Under the pieces are notes generated by a model that did not search any database, had not been told where the DNA came from, and saw nothing but the letters and a program-made list of their open reading frames with translations. This document shows, one piece after another, positions 60,839 through 64,000 of a stretch of 64,000 nt of DNA. Every line of letters begins with the position of its first letter. The first letter of the stretch is position 1. The stretch covers positions 166,048 through 230,047 of the IMG/VR virus record IMGVR_UViG_3300042516_005475; one strand, written 5' to 3'. The position numbers were made by a program, and so were the translations under genes.

Positions 60839-61768
60839 ATGAAGAAATGGATAGCATTTTTCTCTAAGTCAGGAAGCGAGATTGCTGAATTAAGCAATCG
60901 ATTGGGACGGTGGCCTGATCTCATCGTTACTAATCGTAATGATGTAAATGATTGTAATTTAGCATTAGTTCAATACATTCAGAACAACTTAGATAAGATT
61001 GAATATATTAAGAACGATCCATCTGAATTAGATTATACAAATGCAATAAACTCTTTCTGGAGTACAGATTTGTTTATTACATTGCATGGATACATGCGGA
61101 TCATTCCAAAGAAGATTTGTGAGACTTATGAGATTTATAATGGGCACCCTGGGTTAATTACTAAGTACCCTGAACTCAAAGGTAAAGATCCACAGCGCAA
61201 GGCCTGGCTTGGCGCATATAAGACTTCTGGTTGTGTAATTCATAAGGTTACTGCAGAGGTTGATGATGGTGAGGTTCTTGCTGAAGTTGAAGTTCCAATT
61301 GGTGGGACACTTGATGATACAATTAGCATCTTGCATAAGAACTCTATTGATTTGTGGGAAAATTTCTTGAGAGATAAGCTTATAGAGAAATCTAAAATTA
61401 CAACTGATTATAGAGAACTTGTAAGAAATCATGATTACTCAGTTGAATATTGTGAACATCATTACCCGGAGACTATGCAAGAGCTGAGACGTTTGCAAAA
61501 AGAAGAGTTTCGACTATTCTGTAAAAAGCAGTTTGATTATGGCCCTGGTAATATCTCGGTTGGTCAAGACACAACTACTGCAGATGGTAAGAGAGTTTCT
61601 CTCTGCTCTATCGTCTTTAGATGCAATGATAAAGTTCAGCGTTTGTTAAATCTTGTGGTTAAGAATAATAAGTCTGCTCAGAACGAACCTGTTATGGATG
61701 CTTTCGAGGATCTTTCTCTTTACGGAAAGATTGCAAAAATAGTTGATAAAGGTGTGTGGGGCAAGTAA
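60839..61768 (+). CDS. PurN-like formyltransferase (DpdN-like) fused to a DUF1599-like domain
   Basis: FFSKSGS, LHGYMRII, IYNGHPG, GCVIHKVTAEVDDG; C-terminal KKQFDYG...RCNDK..RL.NL...D.FEDL..YG. Confidence 0.8.
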   Translation: MKKWIAFFSKSGSEIAELSNRLGRWPDLIVTNRNDVNDCNLALVQYIQNNLDKIEYIKNDPSELDYTNAINSFWSTDLFITLHGYMRIIPKKICETYEIYNGHPGLITKYPELKGKDPQRKAWLGAYKTSGCVIHKVTAEVDDGEVLAEVEVPIGGTLDDTISILHKNSIDLWENFLRDKLIEKSKITTDYRELVRNHDYSVEYCEHHYPETMQELRRLQKEEFRLFCKKQFDYGPGNISVGQDTTTADGKRVSLCSIVFRCNDKVQRLLNLVVKNNKSAQNEPVMDAFEDLSLYGKIAKIVDKGVWGK

Positions 61769-61777
61769 AATCAAAGC

Positions 61778-62464
61778 ATGAGAAAGCTGTTTACGTTTAC
61801 TGGCGCTCAGAGTACTGGTAAGACTACTTTGCTTAATAAGGTAAAAGAATTGTATCCTAATCGATTTGAATATGTAACTGAGGTAACTCGTCGTATTCAG
61901 CGATTAGGAGTTTCTATTAATGATAATGCTAAAAACTATGATTTGACTCAGTCTCTTATTATTGGAGATCATTTGATTAACTACATGAAGGTGCATGAGC
62001 AACGTGAAGAGAATGTTACTGATATCTTGCTCGATCGTTGCATTGTAGATGGTTACATTTATACAAAGTACTTTTATGAGCAAGATAAAGTGTCTCGTAC
62101 AGTAATGGACTTTGCTGAATATTGGTTTAAAGAACTAACTCCTAAATATGATGTTATTTTCTATACTAATCCTTCTGATGTTAAACTTGTTGATGACGGG
62201 GTTCGTAGTACTAGTAGTGGTTTTCGAGAAAGAATTATTGAACTCTATAATACAGAATTTATCGATAAATATGATAATATCTGTACGTTAAATGGCTCTG
62301 TTGAAGAACGTATAGAAGTTATGAAAATTGGAATGTTGTATAGTCAATGTAACAACTGCAATATTATGATTGATCTGGATGCTAGCAAGCCCATTCGGAA
62401 GCAAAATAATTATTCAGAATCTGCTGGACAATTGTGTGAAGGCTGCTATAATAATCAAAAATAA
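61778..62464 (+). CDS. P-loop nucleotide kinase-like ATPase (AAA_28/NadR-type) with C-terminal Zn ribbon
   Basis: TFTGAQSTGKTTL, LLDRCIVD, DDGVRS; CNNC...LCEGC. Confidence 0.75.
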   Translation: MRKLFTFTGAQSTGKTTLLNKVKELYPNRFEYVTEVTRRIQRLGVSINDNAKNYDLTQSLIIGDHLINYMKVHEQREENVTDILLDRCIVDGYIYTKYFYEQDKVSRTVMDFAEYWFKELTPKYDVIFYTNPSDVKLVDDGVRSTSSGFRERIIELYNTEFIDKYDNICTLNGSVEERIEVMKIGMLYSQCNNCNIMIDLDASKPIRKQNNYSESAGQLCEGCYNNQK

Positions 62465-62467
62465 ATT

Positions 62468-63358
62468 ATGAGTGACATTACAAAACATCTTGGTAAGACT
62501 AGTGCCTATAAGGCTACTTACGACAAGTCTTTGCTTGTTCGTGAACCTCGTCAACGCAATCGTACCTATCTTGGTATTCAAAACGAGAGTCTTCCGTTCG
62601 TTGGATATGATATCTGGAATGCCTTTGAGGTGTCGACTTTGCTTTCTAATGGGTGCCCTGTTAGTGTAATTGCTAAGGTTACGTATAACTGTGACTCTGA
62701 ATACATTGTTGAGTCAAAGTCTATTAAGCTCTACTTTAACTCCTTTAATATGGAGAAGCGAGCTCATATCAATACTGTTGAAGATGCTATTGAGTTCATC
62801 GAAGAGACTGCTAGTCAAGACCTTTCTGATCTTCTTGAAACTAATGTAATTGTTACTTGCTTTAAGACTAGTCAGTATGTTGTTAATGATAATCTTGCTG
62901 GTTATCCTGTTCTAGAGAATGAGGTGATGTATGGTGTTGACGAAGAGTTTACTAGCTACTCTGAGAATCCTTTGCTCTTGAAGATTAGTGATGTAACTAA
63001 GAAGCCTGTTAAGCAGTACTTTAACTCTAAGCTATTGAAGTCTAACTGTAAGGTTACTAGTCAGCCTGACTGGGGTGATGTGTATATTTACTTGAAGTCT
63101 GATAAGCTTGTTGATAAAACTTCTCTGCTTAAGTATATTGTTTCATTCCGTGATGAGTGTCACTTCCATGAAGAGATTTGTGAAGCTATCTATAAACGAC
63201 TTTGGGATAATTTTGAACCAGAAGAGTTGTTAGTGTTTTGCTTCTATGTTCGTCGTGGTGGTATTGATATTAATCCTATTCGAGCATCGAATATTAATCT
63301 AATCGATAATGATATGATTGATCCGTATTTGCCGTTTATTCGAACTGGCAGACAGTAA
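62468..63358 (+). CDS. queF: NADPH-dependent preQ0 reductase (two-domain type)
   Basis: DIWNAFEVS, VESKSIKLYFNSFN, LKSNCKVTSQPDWG, FHEEICE, RRGGIDINP.R. Confidence 0.95.
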   Translation: MSDITKHLGKTSAYKATYDKSLLVREPRQRNRTYLGIQNESLPFVGYDIWNAFEVSTLLSNGCPVSVIAKVTYNCDSEYIVESKSIKLYFNSFNMEKRAHINTVEDAIEFIEETASQDLSDLLETNVIVTCFKTSQYVVNDNLAGYPVLENEVMYGVDEEFTSYSENPLLLKISDVTKKPVKQYFNSKLLKSNCKVTSQPDWGDVYIYLKSDKLVDKTSLLKYIVSFRDECHFHEEICEAIYKRLWDNFEPEELLVFCFYVRRGGIDINPIRASNINLIDNDMIDPYLPFIRTGRQ

Positions 63359-63360
63359 AC

Positions 63361-63397
63361 AAAGAAAAGGCCGATCTTTCGATCGGCCTTTTTTATT
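63361..63397. terminator. bidirectional intrinsic terminator
   Basis: AAAAGGCCGATC-TTTC-GATCGGCCTTTT between convergent queF and capsid gene. Confidence 0.9.
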
Positions 63398-63418
63398 GAA
63401 CTACTATTGCTTCTAAGA

Positions 63419-64000
63419 TTAGAAGTATACAACAGATGTTGCTGGGGTGAAGGCAATGCCAAGACCCTTAACAACAACCAATGTATAGTACAAGTTAGCA
63501 CCAAAGATGTTATCGACAACACCATAACGTGTTAGCAAGCCAACACGAGGAGCGAAGTCGTTAGGACCGATTGTGCGTTGTACCATTACTGGGATGTATG
63601 GACAATAGATAATACCAGTGTCATAGAACTCTGGTCCCTTATAACCCAATAGTGCGTACTCAACTGTGGTACGTTGACCTGTTAGGTTTTGAGCATCGGT
63701 ACGAGTATCGCGGTAGACTTGGAAACGACCACCAACTGTACCAACCTTAGCAACACCTGTTGGTTGAGTGTTAACGTTACCGTCAACAGTCATCCAGCTG
63801 AACTCAGGAAGAGCCTCGAGAATAGCGCAAACTCTTGGAGTAGCGATAATGAAGTTAGCAGCACCACGGCGGTTACGAACTGCAATTCTGTTTGCTTCAA
63901 CGATCAACTTCTGATAGAAGTCGCGATTACGCTCAGCCAACCAGCGACCGTCAGCAGCAGAAGCTGTCCAGCTTGTTACGGAACCGTAAGAAGCATACTT
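63419..64000 (-). CDS. gp23: major capsid protein, T4 gp23 family, C-terminal part running off the window
   Basis: ADGRW..ER, RRGAANFIIATP, VGTVGGRFQVY.D, GYKG...DTGIIYCPYIP, P..GLLTRYG; frame open to 64000. Confidence 0.93.
   Translation of the reverse strand, partial: KYASYGSVTSWTASAADGRWLAERNRDFYQKLIVEANRIAVRNRRGAANFIIATPRVCAILEALPEFSWMTVDGNVNTQPTGVAKVGTVGGRFQVYRDTRTDAQNLTGQRTTVEYALLGYKGPEFYDTGIIYCPYIPVMVQRTIGPNDFAPRVGLLTRYGVVDNIFGANLYYTLVVVKGLGIAFTPATSVVYF

Noticed and set aside
478-63525. Many nested or antisense 60-270 aa ORFs inside recognised genes (e.g. 22072-22887, 33173-33850, 60098-60565)
   Set aside because: Shadow frames produced by biased codon usage of the real genes
1-64000. 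Stop-codon reassignment
   Set aside because: Recognisable enzymes are full length in the standard code and TAA, TAG and TGA all act as terminal stops

Overview
Segment of a large T4-like (myovirus) phage genome: C-terminal part of a gp23-type major capsid gene, a gp5/VgrG-like baseplate hub, beta-propeller/Thr-Pro fibre genes, ThyX, dCMP deaminase, DNA ligase, RadA-like ATPase, RNA ligase, a glycosyl/methyltransferase island and a 7-deazaguanine DNA-modification cassette (TGT-like DpdA, PurN-like formyltransferase, kinase, QueF). The most unusual content: (1) a ~1.25 kb non-coding cluster (4441-5680) with a tRNA-Lys(UUU) split by a group I intron plus several tRNA-like RNAs with missing, rearranged or expanded arms, bracketed by a cyclic-phosphate receiver-domain gene and an RNA ligase; (2) sigma70-type early promoters with a conserved TTCC(TG) element in the spacer, and TAAATA late promoters usually 5-6 nt before the start codon (predicted leaderless mRNAs); (3) about a dozen late proteins with T4-like capsid-targeting/(I/L)xE leaders; (4) two expanded paralog families (a ~6.3 kb array of 30+ overlapping mini-genes; seven WPEAEP helical-repeat genes). 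All calls are by eye from motifs and base pairing; no database search or folding program was run, so family names and novelty need confirmation. Many small hypothetical ORFs are grouped rather than listed singly.
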